This document shows, piece after piece, positions 42,345 through 54,036 of a DNA stretch of 64,000 bases. The position numbers and the translations under genes were made by a program. The stretch comes from Gammaproteobacteria bacterium (GTDB lineage Bacteria > Pseudomonadota > Gammaproteobacteria > GCA-002705445 > GCA-002716945), in the NCBI GenBank assembly GCA_045561295.1, contig JBJKYD010000010.1, positions 32,001 through 96,000 on the forward strand, given 5' to 3'. How positions within the stretch are numbered: position 1 is the stretch's first letter; each line of letters starts with the position of its first letter. The notes beneath the pieces were generated by a model that saw only the letters and a list, made by a program, of their open reading frames with translations, did not search any database and was not told where the DNA came from.

Positions 42345-42723
42345 AACAAATAAAAATGAGCTTTCAAAAAAGTTGACTAGTGATCAATTTAATATCACTC
42401 AAAACAAAGGTACAGAGCCACCTTTTACAGGCAAATATTTAAATAACAAGCAAGCTGGAAGGTATAAATGTATTTGTTGTGGAACTGAACTTTTTTCATC
42501 AGAACATAAATATGATTCACATTCAGGCTGGCCTAGTTTTTTTGACGTAAGTAATAATAAAAACGTATTGTTAGTAACCGATAAATCTCATGGAATGATA
42601 AGAACCGAAGTTGTATGCAGTAATTGCCATGCTCACTTAGGGCATGTTTTTGATGATGGACCAGCTCCTACAAATAAAAGATACTGTATAAACTCAGCTG
42701 CTTTGAAATTTATCAATGAGTAA
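42337..42723 (+). CDS. msrB: Peptide-methionine (R)-S-oxide reductase
   Basis: [30 protein letters not shown]; two CxxC zinc motifs. Confidence 0.97.
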   Translation: MNKTNKNELSKKLTSDQFNITQNKGTEPPFTGKYLNNKQAGRYKCICCGTELFSSEHKYDSHSGWPSFFDVSNNKNVLLVTDKSHGMIRTEVVCSNCHAHLGHVFDDGPAPTNKRYCINSAALKFINE

Positions 42724-43318
42724 TCTAAAAAATATTCCTATTTTCCCTCTAAAAAGCATAATACTTCCGGGTGGTCAATTCCCGTTGAGAATATTTGAAA
42801 GAAGATACTTAGACATGATAAAAAACTCCCTAAAAAATGATTCTGGATTTGTAATTGCATTAACAAAAAAAGATGCGGACTATATATCATCAGTTCATGA
42901 TTATGCATGTTATGTAGAAATAGTTGATTGGTCACAATTAGATGGAGGATTGCTTGGTATAACTGTTGAAGGGAAAAAAATAGTAATGTTAAGTAATTGC
43001 GAACTTAATGAGGGAAACCTATTAACGGGTCATGCAAAGGTAATTGAATCTAGTATTGACCATTTAATACCCGCTAAATATCAAATTTTATCTAAGTTCT
43101 ATAGAAAGATATATCCTGAAATTAAAGCTTATATATTCCATAATCAATCAAAATATAATGATGCTAATTGGGTGGGTTTCAGGTTGATAGAGTGTCTTCC
43201 TATACAAATATGTGATAAGGCAGATTTAATTGCAACTAATGAGCCACTTGATAGGCTAGAAAAAATATTACATATTGTTAAAAGAATTTATCCTAAGGAG
43301 CTTAATCTTCTAGATTAA
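42716..43318 (+). CDS. LON peptidase substrate-binding domain protein
   Basis: [24 protein letters not shown]. Confidence 0.87.
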   Translation: MSNLKNIPIFPLKSIILPGGQFPLRIFERRYLDMIKNSLKNDSGFVIALTKKDADYISSVHDYACYVEIVDWSQLDGGLLGITVEGKKIVMLSNCELNEGNLLTGHAKVIESSIDHLIPAKYQILSKFYRKIYPEIKAYIFHNQSKYNDANWVGFRLIECLPIQICDKADLIATNEPLDRLEKILHIVKRIYPKELNLLD

Positions 43319-44979
43319 GTTGTAGTAGCACCTGTATTAGCTTGACTTACAAGTCGAGCATACTTTGTAAGCGCACCATTAGTACGTTTAACATTTTTGT
43401 TTTTTAACTTTTTAAGCCTTAGTGAAATTTCTTTTTTAGATGTCAATAGATTGATTTCTTTTTTTATAGCACAAATCTCAATTTCGTCACCATTTTTTAT
43501 TAAAGCTAATGGTCCTCCTATAGCAGCTTCCGGGGCAATATGCCCGACCACAAAACCATGGCTACCACCAGAAAACCTTCCATCAGTGATTAATGCCACA
43601 TGATCACCAAGCCCTTGACCCATTATAGCTGATGTAGGTGATAGCATTTCTCTCATTCCAGGGCCTCCAACTGGTCCCTCATTTCTAATAACAATTACTG
43701 TACCTTTGGATATTTTTCCATTTAGAATTGTTTTTAAACACTGCTCTTCAGACTCGAATACTTTCGCCTTACCTTTGAAATATGTGCCCTCTTTACCTGA
43801 TATTTTTGCTACGGCACCATCAGGAGCAATATTTCCTCTCAAAACTATTAAATGTCCATCTTTTTTAACTGGAGAGGTCAAAGGCATAATTATCTTTTGG
43901 TTGGACGGATATGGTTTAATATTTTTTAGATTCTGAGCAAGAGTTTTTCCAGAAACAGTTAAACAGTCTCCATGCATCAGTTTTTTATTCACTAGAGTTT
44001 TCATTAGTGGAGCCACGCCTCCTATGCTAACTAATTCTGCCATAGAATATTTTCCACTTGGTTTTAGATCAGCAAGAACAGGTGTTTTTTTACCAATTCT
44101 TTCAAAGTCTTTTAGAGAGAGATTTAATTTAGCTTCTTTTGCAATAGCAAGAAGGTGTAATACAGCATTGGTAGAACCGCCAAGTGCCATAACAATCGTG
44201 ATTGCATTCTCTAATGATTTCTTTGTAACTATGTCTCTTGGTTTTAGATCTTTTTTAATACAGCTCATAAGAGCTATGGAAGCATTCTTAGTATCTGTAG
44301 ATTTTGATTTTGAAATTGCTGTTTGTGCAGAACTATTAGTTAATGAGAGGCCCATAGCTTCTATAGCACATGCCATAGTGTTTGCAGTATACATACCTCC
44401 GCAAGATCCTGGGCCTGGAATAGCTTTTTTTTCTATTTGCATTAGTTCTTTATCATCCATATCACCATTTGCATTTTTACCGACAGCTTCGAACACAGAA
44501 ACGATATCAATTTTTTTATTTCGATATATACCTGGAAGTATTGTGCCGCCATAGACGAATACTGATGGTCGATTTAATCTAAGCATGGCCATGACACAAG
44601 CCGGCATGTTTTTGTCGCAGCCTCCAAAACTAATGAAGCCATCAAGGCCTTCACCTGCCACAACAGCCTCGATAGAGTCTGATATGATTTCCCTAGAAAC
44701 AAGCGAATATCTCATCCCATCTGAACCCATTGAGATACCATCTGAAATTGTTATTGTATTAAAGTTTACAGCTTTTCCGCCATTAGAATCGATCGCTTTG
44801 GTTGCAACCTTAGCTAGATCATTTATATGCATGTTACATGGAGTAACCATGCTCCAAGTAGAGGCAATACCGACTTGCGGTTTTAAAAAATCTTTGTCAT
44901 TAAAACCGACCGCCCTAAGCATTGATCTACTCGGAGCTCTGTCTTTCCCATCAACAAGTTTTGAAGAGTATTTTCTCAT
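43315..44979 (-). CDS. ilvD: Dihydroxy-acid dehydratase
   Basis: [41 protein letters not shown]. Confidence 0.97.
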   Translation of the reverse strand: MRKYSSKLVDGKDRAPSRSMLRAVGFNDKDFLKPQVGIASTWSMVTPCNMHINDLAKVATKAIDSNGGKAVNFNTITISDGISMGSDGMRYSLVSREIISDSIEAVVAGEGLDGFISFGGCDKNMPACVMAMLRLNRPSVFVYGGTILPGIYRNKKIDIVSVFEAVGKNANGDMDDKELMQIEKKAIPGPGSCGGMYTANTMACAIEAMGLSLTNSSAQTAISKSKSTDTKNASIALMSCIKKDLKPRDIVTKKSLENAITIVMALGGSTNAVLHLLAIAKEAKLNLSLKDFERIGKKTPVLADLKPSGKYSMAELVSIGGVAPLMKTLVNKKLMHGDCLTVSGKTLAQNLKNIKPYPSNQKIIMPLTSPVKKDGHLIVLRGNIAPDGAVAKISGKEGTYFKGKAKVFESEEQCLKTILNGKISKGTVIVIRNEGPVGGPGMREMLSPTSAIMGQGLGDHVALITDGRFSGGSHGFVVGHIAPEAAIGGPLALIKNGDEIEICAIKKEINLLTSKKEISLRLKKLKNKNVKRTNGALTKYARLVSQANTGATTT

Positions 44980-44982
44980 ATT

Positions 44983-46035
44983 TTATTGTACCAGTTTACC
45001 GAATATTTGATATCTCCAACCCTTCATAAATCTAGCCTCACTATTAGTGTTAGTGAAAATTTCTAAATCCCTTTTAGTCGCTATTATAGTAGAATCAATG
45101 TTAAATTCATCTGATACATAACCTAATAATTCATTACATTTCTTCTCGATATCTTTTTTTGGAGATAAGTTTTTATTTTTTATTACTTTTTTCAAGGATA
45201 AAATTTTCATGAGCTTACTCATTTCACTATCTGTAAGTTGTTGCTTAATATTATTTACGACATCCATCGTTTTTTTATCATTTTTTAACATAAGCTTAGT
45301 TGCTGAGGAATCACTAAAAATCCATCTTTTTGGGACATCATACTTTATCGCTAGCTCCTCTCTCCAGCATGCAATATTTTTTAACAATGCAAGCTCTTGA
45401 GTAGAGAAGTGAAGCGGGTAATTTATTTTTTTCCATGCTTCATTGGGCTCAATAATAATATTAGATTTTTTAAGTTCATTTAATTGCTCCTCTTTAAACC
45501 ATGAAAATCTGTCTAATGATTTCAATCTTTTTATAAGCAAACTTTTCATTTCAATTAAGTATCTTACATCATCAGCTGCGTACTCTACTTTTTTAGTACT
45601 CAATGGTCTTTCTAGCCAATTAGTTCTCCAAGAACCTTCTTTAATATCACATTCACATAACTTTTTAACTAGTGTTGAATAACCAACATTAGAATTTTCA
45701 GATATAAAATTTGAGGCTATCTGTGTGTCAAAAATATTAACTGGATAAGTGTTGGTATAACTATATAAGGCCTCTATATCTTGTTTTGAGGAATGAATTA
45801 TTTTAATTAGGCTAGGGTTACTAATAATATTACTGATCAAATCTCTTCGATTGATGACAATTGGATCTATTAAATAAATCTCTCCATTCGGTAATGATAC
45901 TTGTATCAAAGCCAATATTGGGCGATAAGTAGATTCTCTTATGAATTCGGTATCGAGACCAATTTCATTAACATCCTTCAATTTAGATGCAAGATTTAGT
46001 AGTTTTTTATCTGAATCGACTAGAAAGTTTGTCAT
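44983..46035 (-). CDS. rnd: Ribonuclease D
   Basis: LDTEFIRESTY, FDTQIA, W..RPLS, YAADDV, HRDC domain, GWR near the C-terminus; start reassigned to ATG 46035. Confidence 0.88.
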   Translation of the reverse strand: MTNFLVDSDKKLLNLASKLKDVNEIGLDTEFIRESTYRPILALIQVSLPNGEIYLIDPIVINRRDLISNIISNPSLIKIIHSSKQDIEALYSYTNTYPVNIFDTQIASNFISENSNVGYSTLVKKLCECDIKEGSWRTNWLERPLSTKKVEYAADDVRYLIEMKSLLIKRLKSLDRFSWFKEEQLNELKKSNIIIEPNEAWKKINYPLHFSTQELALLKNIACWREELAIKYDVPKRWIFSDSSATKLMLKNDKKTMDVVNNIKQQLTDSEMSKLMKILSLKKVIKNKNLSPKKDIEKKCNELLGYVSDEFNIDSTIIATKRDLEIFTNTNSEARFMKGWRYQIFGKLVQ

Positions 46036-46084
46036 AATATTTAAGAGAACTTGATAATAACATATGTTCTGCAATGATACTCTA

Positions 46085-46612
46085 ATGATGAATAAATATA
46101 TTCTAAAAAAATCAACTTATATAGAATCAGAAAATTGTGATGATCGATCACCTGGTATTATTGTAGATACCATCATAATTCATTGCATAAGCCTTCCAGA
46201 AAAAGAATATGATAATGACTATGTAATTTCATTTTTTACAAATAAACTTAATTTTGATGCTCATGAAAGCTTCAAAGATTTAGAAGATCTGAAAGTATCA
46301 TCCCACTTATTTATCAGACGATCAGGTGAAGTAATTCAATTTGTTCCATTTAATAAAAAGGCATGGCATGCGGGTAAATCAAGATATAAAGAAAGAGAAA
46401 ACTTTAACGAGTTCTCAATAGGTATTGAGCTAGAGGGTTCTGTTGATGATATTTATACAGATAATCAATATGATAGACTGAAGATTGTGATTCAAGAATT
46501 AAAAGAATTATATCCATCAATACAAGATAGTAATATACTCAGACATAGTGATATTGCACCCGATCGAAAAAATGATCCTGGTGAGCATTTTTCTTTGGAT
46601 AGGATTAAATAA
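46085..46612 (+). CDS. ampD: 1,6-anhydro-MurNAc-L-alanine amidase
   Basis: IIHCISLP, VSSHLFIRR, AWHAGKS, FSIGIELEG, HSDIAPDRKNDPG. Confidence 0.94.
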   Translation: MMNKYILKKSTYIESENCDDRSPGIIVDTIIIHCISLPEKEYDNDYVISFFTNKLNFDAHESFKDLEDLKVSSHLFIRRSGEVIQFVPFNKKAWHAGKSRYKERENFNEFSIGIELEGSVDDIYTDNQYDRLKIVIQELKELYPSIQDSNILRHSDIAPDRKNDPGEHFSLDRIK

Positions 46613-46613
46613 T

Positions 46614-47468
46614 ATGTCTACTATGTTAATAATAATAATCGTACTTATATTTGAATATTTCTATGATGATATTAAGAAATTCAGACAAAATGAAATAATT
46701 TTAAAATCTTATCATTCATTTCAAAAATCATTAGGTAAAAGTGATTATGTGATTAATAGAATACACCTTATATTTGTGATATCTGTCTTACTCATTGGCA
46801 TGATAATACTGACAATTTCGTCATATATTTCCTCATTACTTTATTTTGTAATATCTTTGATTATGCTTTCATATACTTTGAGAACAAATCAATATAACAA
46901 AGATATTGAAGAGCTTAAAATTAAACTAGAATTTAAAAAAGATAATATTGATAAGAATTTTTTATTTAATATATGTCCTAACCTAAAACAGACACGTGTA
47001 AAAACCAATTTAAATAGTCTTGTTATAAAAAACCTCTTTTTTAACTCAATTAGAAATACATTTAGTATATTATTTTTATTTATACTATTGGGAGCGCCTG
47101 CTGCAATAGCATATAAGGTTTTAGACTGCATGATATATTCAGATGAATTTAAAACAACAGCTAAGGTTAAACAAGAATTAAAGAAATATCTTTATTACTT
47201 AGACTACGTTCCTATAAGATTAACTTCTTATACTTTTTCAGTAGTAAGTAATTATGATCAAGTTATAAATAAAATAAATAACCTTAAACTATCTAATAAC
47301 CAATATCTGAGTAATATAGAGTTTATAAATCAAACTGGTGAAAGTGTTTACGATGAAACGGCAAAAGAGTCAGATCAAATAGTTCAGGTACAAAATATAT
47401 TATCAAGGACATTAATTGCTTGGCTTGGTATTATTGTCTTGTTAGCTGTTACTGGAATCTTTATCTGA
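46614..47468 (+). CDS. ampE: AmpE/CbiB-like membrane protein (divergent)
   Basis: Directly after ampD; [12 protein letters not shown] and LDYVPIRL patterns. Confidence 0.6.
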   Translation: MSTMLIIIIVLIFEYFYDDIKKFRQNEIILKSYHSFQKSLGKSDYVINRIHLIFVISVLLIGMIILTISSYISSLLYFVISLIMLSYTLRTNQYNKDIEELKIKLEFKKDNIDKNFLFNICPNLKQTRVKTNLNSLVIKNLFFNSIRNTFSILFLFILLGAPAAIAYKVLDCMIYSDEFKTTAKVKQELKKYLYYLDYVPIRLTSYTFSVVSNYDQVINKINNLKLSNNQYLSNIEFINQTGESVYDETAKESDQIVQVQNILSRTLIAWLGIIVLLAVTGIFI

Positions 47469-48104
47469 GAAAGAATAGTATTTAATACCTATTTCAATCT
47501 TAGGTTTGTTGTTTTTGTCTCGCCATATGTTTGTATCCCTAAGTGAATATATACAACCGCAGTACTCTTGCATGTAGAATCTCTCATTTTTTGATACCTT
47601 AATCATATCTTCAGATCCTCTGTTTTTTCTCCAGTTGAATGTCCAATAATCAATATCTGTAAAGTATGAGACAGCTTTTAATCCAGATTCATTTATCTGA
47701 TTCATGTCTTTCCATCTTGAAATACCAAGGGTACTAGATATCAATGAAAAATTATTATTTGATGCATATTGTGCAGTTTTATAAAATCTCATATCAAAAC
47801 AAGATGAACATCTTTTTCCTCTTTCGGGTTCCCATTCTTGTCCTTTTACTAGATCAAACCAGTTGCGTGTATCATAATCATCATCAATAAAAGGAATATT
47901 ATGTTTTCTTGCAAATTTTAAATTTTCTTCTTTTCTTATAAGATACTCTTTCCTTGGATGAATATTAGGATTATAAAAATAGATTGTATAGTCTATACCA
48001 GCTTCTTTGAGTCTTAACATTATATCTCCCGAACATGGTGCACAGCAGCTATGTAATAAGAGATTTTTATGGCCATTAGGCAATTCAAGTTTATTCATCA
48101 TCAA
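47442..48104 (-). CDS. queH: Epoxyqueuosine reductase QueH (DUF208, B12-independent)
   Basis: [40 protein letters not shown]. Confidence 0.93.
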   Translation of the reverse strand: MMMNKLELPNGHKNLLLHSCCAPCSGDIMLRLKEAGIDYTIYFYNPNIHPRKEYLIRKEENLKFARKHNIPFIDDDYDTRNWFDLVKGQEWEPERGKRCSSCFDMRFYKTAQYASNNNFSLISSTLGISRWKDMNQINESGLKAVSYFTDIDYWTFNWRKNRGSEDMIKVSKNERFYMQEYCGCIYSLRDTNIWRDKNNKPKIEIGIKYYSFSDKDSSNS

Positions 48105-48897
48105 GATTAAAAAATTTACATGTATTATTATACAATTCTTTAGATAAAAGGGATTTATCTTTTTTTAAAATATTTGATATAGCATCTATTACATATATCA
48201 AGTTACTTGGTTCATTATATTTTTTATTTTCAATCTCGTCATAGTAAGGCATTAAGTATGGTGAATCTGTTTCAATCATGAGTTTATCTGATGGAATGTA
48301 TTTAAGAATGTCATGTAAATGTAAACCTCTTTTAGGATCTGTTATCCATCCTGTAATTCCAATGTAACAATCAAGATCAAGATATTTTTTTAGTGATGCT
48401 TTATTTCCAGTAAAACAATGCACAACTACATCCTCTATTTTATGTATATATTCTCTAAGTAATCTAAGAAAATCTTTATGCGCTTCTCGTTCATGTAAAA
48501 ACATGGGCATGTTTATCTCGCAAGCAAGATCTAAGTGTCTTTTAAAACAAAACATCTGATCTATTTTATTTGAGTAGTTTCTTTTATAGTCTAGTCCACA
48601 TTCACCAATTGCTTTAACATAACTTTGATTGCATAGTTTTAGCATTTCGTTGTAATAATTATCATTATAATCTTTTGCATTATGAGGGTGAAATCCTACA
48701 GTTGTGCATAACAATTCAGGTTCTTTTTCTATTAACTCTCTAGCAGCATATGTGTCGTTTATATGTGATGAGGTAATAATTATTTTTTTAAGATTATTGG
48801 CTTTACTTTTTTGAATTATAGAGTCGAAATTTTTGTAGAGTTTTGAATCTAATAGGTTTGCGCCTATATCAATTAGTGGAGAAAGTGTATCAGCCAA
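48091..48897 (-). CDS. tatD: TatD family nuclease
   Basis: [41 protein letters not shown]. Confidence 0.93.
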   Translation of the reverse strand: MADTLSPLIDIGANLLDSKLYKNFDSIIQKSKANNLKKIIITSSHINDTYAARELIEKEPELLCTTVGFHPHNAKDYNDNYYNEMLKLCNQSYVKAIGECGLDYKRNYSNKIDQMFCFKRHLDLACEINMPMFLHEREAHKDFLRLLREYIHKIEDVVVHCFTGNKASLKKYLDLDCYIGITGWITDPKRGLHLHDILKYIPSDKLMIETDSPYLMPYYDEIENKKYNEPSNLIYVIDAISNILKKDKSLLSKELYNNTCKFFNLDDE

Positions 48898-49780
48898 GGT
48901 TTTTTAAGACAGACGCAACAGTTTCACCAATTACAGATGGATTCTTTGCTATTGTTATGCCGGCTTCTTTAAGAATTTCAACTTTCTCAGCAGCTGATTC
49001 TCCACCTGCACTTACTATGGCTCCAGCATGACCCATTCTTTTGCCTTTAGGTGCTGTTAGACCAGCTATATAAGCAATTATTGGTTTTGAGCAGTTAGAT
49101 TGAGCATACTCAGCCGCCTCAGCTTCTTGAGGTCCGCCTATTTCTCCAATCATCAGGATAACTTTAGTCTCATCGTCCTTCTCAAATTTAGCAAGATGAT
49201 CTTTAAATGCGCTTCCATTAATAGGATCGCCACCTATTCCAACGCTTGTAGAAATTCCAATATCTAAATCTTTCATTTGTTGTGCAGCTTCGTATCCTAA
49301 TGTCCCTGAACGACCTATCACGCCAACATTACCCTCTTTATATATATGTCCCGGCATAATTCCTAACATACACTTACCTGGACTTATCACACCAGCACAG
49401 TTTGGGCCAACCATAGTCATTCTATCTTCAGCTTTATACCTTCTCATGTATCTTTTAACTTTAATCATGTCGTGTGCAGGAATACCATCAGTAATTGCCA
49501 CTAATGTTTTAATACCGGCATCGGCTGCTTCCATAGCTGAATCCGCAGCAAAGGCAGGTGGTACAAAAAGAATACTTGCATCAGCACCAGTCTCCTCTAC
49601 AGCTTCTTTAACAGTGTTAAATACAGGCCTATCTAAATGTTTTTGGCCACCTTTTCCAGGAGTTACCCCGCCAACTACATTTGTGCCATATTCCATCATT
49701 TCTTCTGCATGAAATGAACCAATTTTTCCAGTAAAGCCTTGAACAATTATTTTAGATTCTTTGGTTATTAAGATTGCCAT
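48890..49780 (-). CDS. mtkB: Malate-CoA ligase (malate thiokinase) alpha subunit, SucD family
   Basis: Mtk-type signatures VKRYMRRY, MLGIMPGHIY, RSGTLGYEAA; RMGHAGA phospho-His; operon with mcl. Confidence 0.85.
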   Translation of the reverse strand: MAILITKESKIIVQGFTGKIGSFHAEEMMEYGTNVVGGVTPGKGGQKHLDRPVFNTVKEAVEETGADASILFVPPAFAADSAMEAADAGIKTLVAITDGIPAHDMIKVKRYMRRYKAEDRMTMVGPNCAGVISPGKCMLGIMPGHIYKEGNVGVIGRSGTLGYEAAQQMKDLDIGISTSVGIGGDPINGSAFKDHLAKFEKDDETKVILMIGEIGGPQEAEAAEYAQSNCSKPIIAYIAGLTAPKGKRMGHAGAIVSAGGESAAEKVEILKEAGITIAKNPSVIGETVASVLKNLG

Positions 49781-49787
49781 GTAATTT

Positions 49788-50957
49788 TTATCCTAACTCT
49801 TTTAAAGCTTTTACTGCTTTATTAGCAGCATCTTCTAAAGTAAATGCTTCTATATAATCTATTTTACTATCCTTTAAAATTTTAATACCCTCATCTACAT
49901 TTGTACCTGCAAGTCTTATTACAAGAGGTTGTTCAATTTTTATTTGAGCAAGGGCATCAACTATCCCTTGAGCCACCCAGTCGCATCTATTTATACCTGC
50001 AAAAATATTAATCAATATAACTTTTACATTAGGGTCACCCGAAATTAATTTAAATGCTTTTACAAATTTTTCTGGCGTTGCGCCTCCGCCAACATCTAAA
50101 AAGTTTGCAGGTTGACCACCGGCAAGTTGTATCATATCCATTGATGCCATTGCTAATCCAGCACCATTAATAATATTGCCTATATCTCCATCTAATGGGA
50201 TATAATTCAAACCGCGATCTGCGGCATATGTTTCTTTAGGATCCTCTTGTGACTTATCTCTTAGCTCTGATAATTGCGGGTTTCTAAAAAGCGCATTATC
50301 ATCAAATGACATTTTGCAATCAAGCGCAAGGACATGATCATCACCTGTTAAAACTAATGGATTAATTTCTACCATTGTTGCATCTGAAGTGCTGAATGCT
50401 TTATAAGCTCCTAATATAGCTTGAGCACATCGATTTATAGCTTTAGCTTCTAACCCTAAAGCAAAGGCAATTTCTCTTGCTTGAAAGGACTGCATACCTA
50501 CTGCTGCTTCAATTCTAGTTTTAATGAGCGATTCTGGTTTCTCTTCTGCAATTTCCTCTACACTCATGCCTCCCTCAGATGAAGCCACAACCATAATACT
50601 TTCTGTGCTTCTATCAAATACGAGACCAAGATAAAATTCTTTTTTGATATCTGTTCCTTCTTCAACATAGACTCTTTGAACTGTCTTGCCTTCTGGACCT
50701 GTTTGATGAGTAACGAGAGTTTTACCAAGTAATTTGTTCGCAGCTTCTGATACTTCTTGTTCATTTTTGCAAACAATAATACCGCCTGCTTTACCTCGTG
50801 CCCCTGAATGTATTTGTGCTTTGACTACCCATAAATCACCACCTAGTTCAGTGGCTCTATCTTTTGCATTTTCTGGACTGTATGCTATGCCGCCTTTTGG
50901 AATTGATACTCCAAACTTAGCTAAAATCTCTTTTGCTTGATACTCGTGGATATTCAT
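49788..50957 (-). CDS. mtkA: Malate-CoA ligase beta subunit, SucC family
   Basis: [40 protein letters not shown] (Mtk-type; SucC has GGIVRCD). Confidence 0.87.
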   Translation of the reverse strand: MNIHEYQAKEILAKFGVSIPKGGIAYSPENAKDRATELGGDLWVVKAQIHSGARGKAGGIIVCKNEQEVSEAANKLLGKTLVTHQTGPEGKTVQRVYVEEGTDIKKEFYLGLVFDRSTESIMVVASSEGGMSVEEIAEEKPESLIKTRIEAAVGMQSFQAREIAFALGLEAKAINRCAQAILGAYKAFSTSDATMVEINPLVLTGDDHVLALDCKMSFDDNALFRNPQLSELRDKSQEDPKETYAADRGLNYIPLDGDIGNIINGAGLAMASMDMIQLAGGQPANFLDVGGGATPEKFVKAFKLISGDPNVKVILINIFAGINRCDWVAQGIVDALAQIKIEQPLVIRLAGTNVDEGIKILKDSKIDYIEAFTLEDAANKAVKALKELG

Positions 50958-51898
50958 TATTTTTTAGATTGTATTAAATTATCAATGTTAACAATATTTT
51001 CAGCCATACGTTCCGATGCTGCATCAATCATTCTTCCATCAAGCTGTGCTGCTCCTCGTCCCTCAGCAGCTGCTTTAGCAAGTTCTTCAATAATTCTTTT
51101 AGCTTTATCAACCTCAGCTGCAGGTGGTGAATAGACATCATTAGCATGTTCAATTTGTGATGGATGGATTGCCCATTTGCCTTCCATTCCAATAGCAGCT
51201 CCACGTTTAGCAGCTTTAATATAACCATCTGGATCATTAAAGTCTCCAAAAGGTCCATCTATTGGTCTCAGACCATAAGCTCTGCATGTTGCTACTAACT
51301 TAGATAAGCCATGATGCCATTGATCACCAGGGTAGTCAGGATTTAGTCCTCCTATTACTACCGTTCTAGCTCTTAGGCTTGCAGCAAAATCAGCTACTCC
51401 AAAGTGAAGTGCTTCTAATCGATCAGATGATCTTGCAATCTCATCTATATTTACCATTCCTAATGCGCTTTCAATAAGACACTCAAGTCCAACTCTATTT
51501 TTTAATTCTCTTTCTTGTTCAATCTGAGTCACCATGCAATCAACCATGTAAACATCATCTCTAACTCCAACTTTTGGAATTAGCAGTGTGTCAATATGTT
51601 CACCGGCCTGCATCATTAATTCAACAACATCTCTATACATATAATGAGTATCTAAACCATTAATACGTACTGAAATAGTTTTACCATGTCCTTTCCAGTC
51701 AAGCTCTTTTAGAGCCTTGATTACATTTTCACGTGCTGATACTTTATCATTCGGTGATACAGCATCTTCAAGATCTAAAAATATGTAATCCGCACTTGAA
51801 TTGAGTGCTTTTTCGAACATTTTTGGAGATGAACCGGGTACGGCTAATTCACTTCTTTGTAATCTGGTTGTTGCGCTTTTGTATGATGTATGACTCAT
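50957..51898 (-). CDS. mcl: L-malyl-CoA/beta-methylmalyl-CoA lyase
   Basis: [59 protein letters not shown]. Confidence 0.9.
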   Translation of the reverse strand: MSHTSYKSATTRLQRSELAVPGSSPKMFEKALNSSADYIFLDLEDAVSPNDKVSARENVIKALKELDWKGHGKTISVRINGLDTHYMYRDVVELMMQAGEHIDTLLIPKVGVRDDVYMVDCMVTQIEQERELKNRVGLECLIESALGMVNIDEIARSSDRLEALHFGVADFAASLRARTVVIGGLNPDYPGDQWHHGLSKLVATCRAYGLRPIDGPFGDFNDPDGYIKAAKRGAAIGMEGKWAIHPSQIEHANDVYSPPAAEVDKAKRIIEELAKAAAEGRGAAQLDGRMIDAASERMAENIVNIDNLIQSKK

Positions 51899-52011
51899 AA
51901 ATCTATTTCAAATTTTGACTTGATATACCCCTGTATATTCGCTATAACTCGATAAGTTTTGAGAAGTATATATGATAATTTTAAAATATGCAAAATCAGT
52001 AGGGTTAATAA

Positions 52012-52923
52012 ATGACTAAATATGCACTAGAAATTAAGCATCTTAATAAAACATATAGAAATGGCGTAATTGCTTTAAAAGATATAAATCTTAATGTCGA
52101 AGATGGTGATATATTTGCGTTTCTCGGTCCTAATGGTGCGGGTAAATCTACTGTTATAGGTATTATAACTACCCTTGTGAACATCACATCTGGTGAAGTA
52201 AAAGTTTATGGTAAAGACATAATGCAACATCCAGAGATTACTAAACAAATGATTGGTGTTGTACCTCAGGAATATAACCTTAATCAATTCATTCCAATTA
52301 TAGAAACCATGGTTAATATAGGTGGCTACTTTGGGCTCTCAAAAAAACAAGCTTTAAGTAAAACACAGGAATTATTTGAAGATTTGGGAATATGGCATAA
52401 ACGAGAATCTACTCCCAGAGAATTATCTGGTGGAATGAAAAGAAGATTAATGATAGCTAGAGCTCTTATACATAATCCAAAGCTATTAATACTGGATGAA
52501 CCTACAGCTGGAGTAGATACAGAATTAAGATTAACTATGTGGGATTTTTTTAAAAAAATAAATAATGATGGCGTTACAATTATTCTTACCACGCATTATT
52601 TAGAAGAAGCAGAAAGGCTATGCAAGAATCTTTCAATTATTCATCATGGTGAAGTAGTTCAAAATTCTCCAATGGTAGATATTATGTCTTCCTCAAGAAA
52701 ACATACCTACATTGTAAGAACAGATTCTAAAATTACTGATAAAAATATATTTGAAGAAAATATAAATATTATTGATGATAAATCATGTGAATTGACTGTT
52801 GATAATAAGACCTCAATTACAGAAATCATCACAAAATTTAATCAATCTAATATAAATGTAATTGATATTCTAAGTAAACGAAACAAACTTGAAGAACTAT
52901 TTATAGAATTAACACAAAAATAA
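52012..52923 (+). CDS. ABC-2 transporter ATP-binding protein (YadG-like)
   Basis: GPNGAGKST, VPQEYN, LSGGMKRRLMIARAL, LTTHYLEEAE. Confidence 0.92.
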   Translation: MTKYALEIKHLNKTYRNGVIALKDINLNVEDGDIFAFLGPNGAGKSTVIGIITTLVNITSGEVKVYGKDIMQHPEITKQMIGVVPQEYNLNQFIPIIETMVNIGGYFGLSKKQALSKTQELFEDLGIWHKRESTPRELSGGMKRRLMIARALIHNPKLLILDEPTAGVDTELRLTMWDFFKKINNDGVTIILTTHYLEEAERLCKNLSIIHHGEVVQNSPMVDIMSSSRKHTYIVRTDSKITDKNIFEENINIIDDKSCELTVDNKTSITEIITKFNQSNINVIDILSKRNKLEELFIELTQK

Positions 52924-53693
52924 TGAAAGATTTATATTTAATACAAATAACAACTATATTTAAAAAAGAGTTTGCTCGCTGGTCAAGAATTTGGATTCAA
53001 ACTATTCTGCCTTCAGTAATAACTATGTTTTTATACATCACTATTTTTGGAAATTTCATAGGTGAACGTATAGGCGAAATCAATGGTTTAGCCTATATAC
53101 ACTTCATAATACCAGGCCTGATAATTATGCCGATTATTTCAAATTCCTATATGAACGTAGTTGGATCTTTCTATAGTGGAAGGTTTCAAAAAAGCATAGA
53201 GGAATTATTTGTATCACCTCTCTCAAGTCATGTAATTTTAATTGGATATGTGATGGGTGGTGTCTCAAGAGCCTTTGTTGTAGGATTTGTTGTATACATA
53301 GTATCTCTTAGTTTTACAAGCATACCTGTTCATAATGTTTTTTTAGCTATATTTCTTACTCTATTAGTAAGTTTTTTATTTTCTATTCTGGGCTTTATCA
53401 ATGCTGTCTATGCAAAAAGTTTTGATGATATTAATATAATCCCTACATTTGTTCTGACACCACTTACCTATCTAGGCGGAACCTTCTATTCAATTTACAA
53501 CCTACCAGAAGCTTGGCAAACAGTTTCTATGTTCAATCCAATTGCATACATGGTAAGCGCATACAGATATGCATTCATTGGTGTAGAAGACTTAAACACA
53601 TACGGTGCAATATTATTGATGTTCATTTTAATATTTATGCTGTATTCTTTAGCTATATATTTACTCAATAAAGGTATTGGTGTAAAAAATTAA
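52923..53693 (+). CDS. ABC-2 transporter permease (YadH-like)
   Basis: RIWIQTILP, FIIPGLI, IPTFVLTPLTYLGG. Confidence 0.92.
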   Translation: MKDLYLIQITTIFKKEFARWSRIWIQTILPSVITMFLYITIFGNFIGERIGEINGLAYIHFIIPGLIIMPIISNSYMNVVGSFYSGRFQKSIEELFVSPLSSHVILIGYVMGGVSRAFVVGFVVYIVSLSFTSIPVHNVFLAIFLTLLVSFLFSILGFINAVYAKSFDDINIIPTFVLTPLTYLGGTFYSIYNLPEAWQTVSMFNPIAYMVSAYRYAFIGVEDLNTYGAILLMFILIFMLYSLAIYLLNKGIGVKN

Positions 53694-53694
53694 C

Positions 53695-53805
53695 TCTCAC
53701 GAGGTTGGGAAAGTCAGTGAATACATAATCTGACACTGCCCCCGCAACGGTGAACAACAGTCCGAATGCCAACGAGGTGAGACCAACATTAGCGGTGGTG
53801 CTATG
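53695..53805 (+). ncRNA. Compact cobalamin riboswitch (Cbl-II/AdoCbl-variant type)
   Basis: TCTCAC/GTGAGA closing stem, GGGAA, GTCAG-TGAA...-CTGAC T-loop stem, CTGCCCCCGCAACGGT, B12 box AGTCCGAATGCC, P13 TAGC-GGTGGT-GCTA; upstream of btuB. Confidence 0.92.
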
Positions 53806-54036
53806 AAAAAAATATTAATCATATAGAAATATCAGCTATTACTTAACAGGTTACTGTAATGCAGTAAATGTATCATTGTGTCTTGTTTAATCTTAAATAA
53901 CATACTTAAGAATATGATATTCAGTGAATATTAATAACCTTTTCACTGTATATATTCAACATAGGTCTCACTTATGTCCTTTTGAGAGAGTAGTAGTTTT
54001 CATCAAAATTTTAATCTAACTAACAGAGAAAATATT

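Noticed and set aside
48890-50957. Annotation as ordinary succinyl-CoA synthetase sucCD
   Set aside because: Mtk-type signature residues, coupling to mcl and no sucAB neighbours
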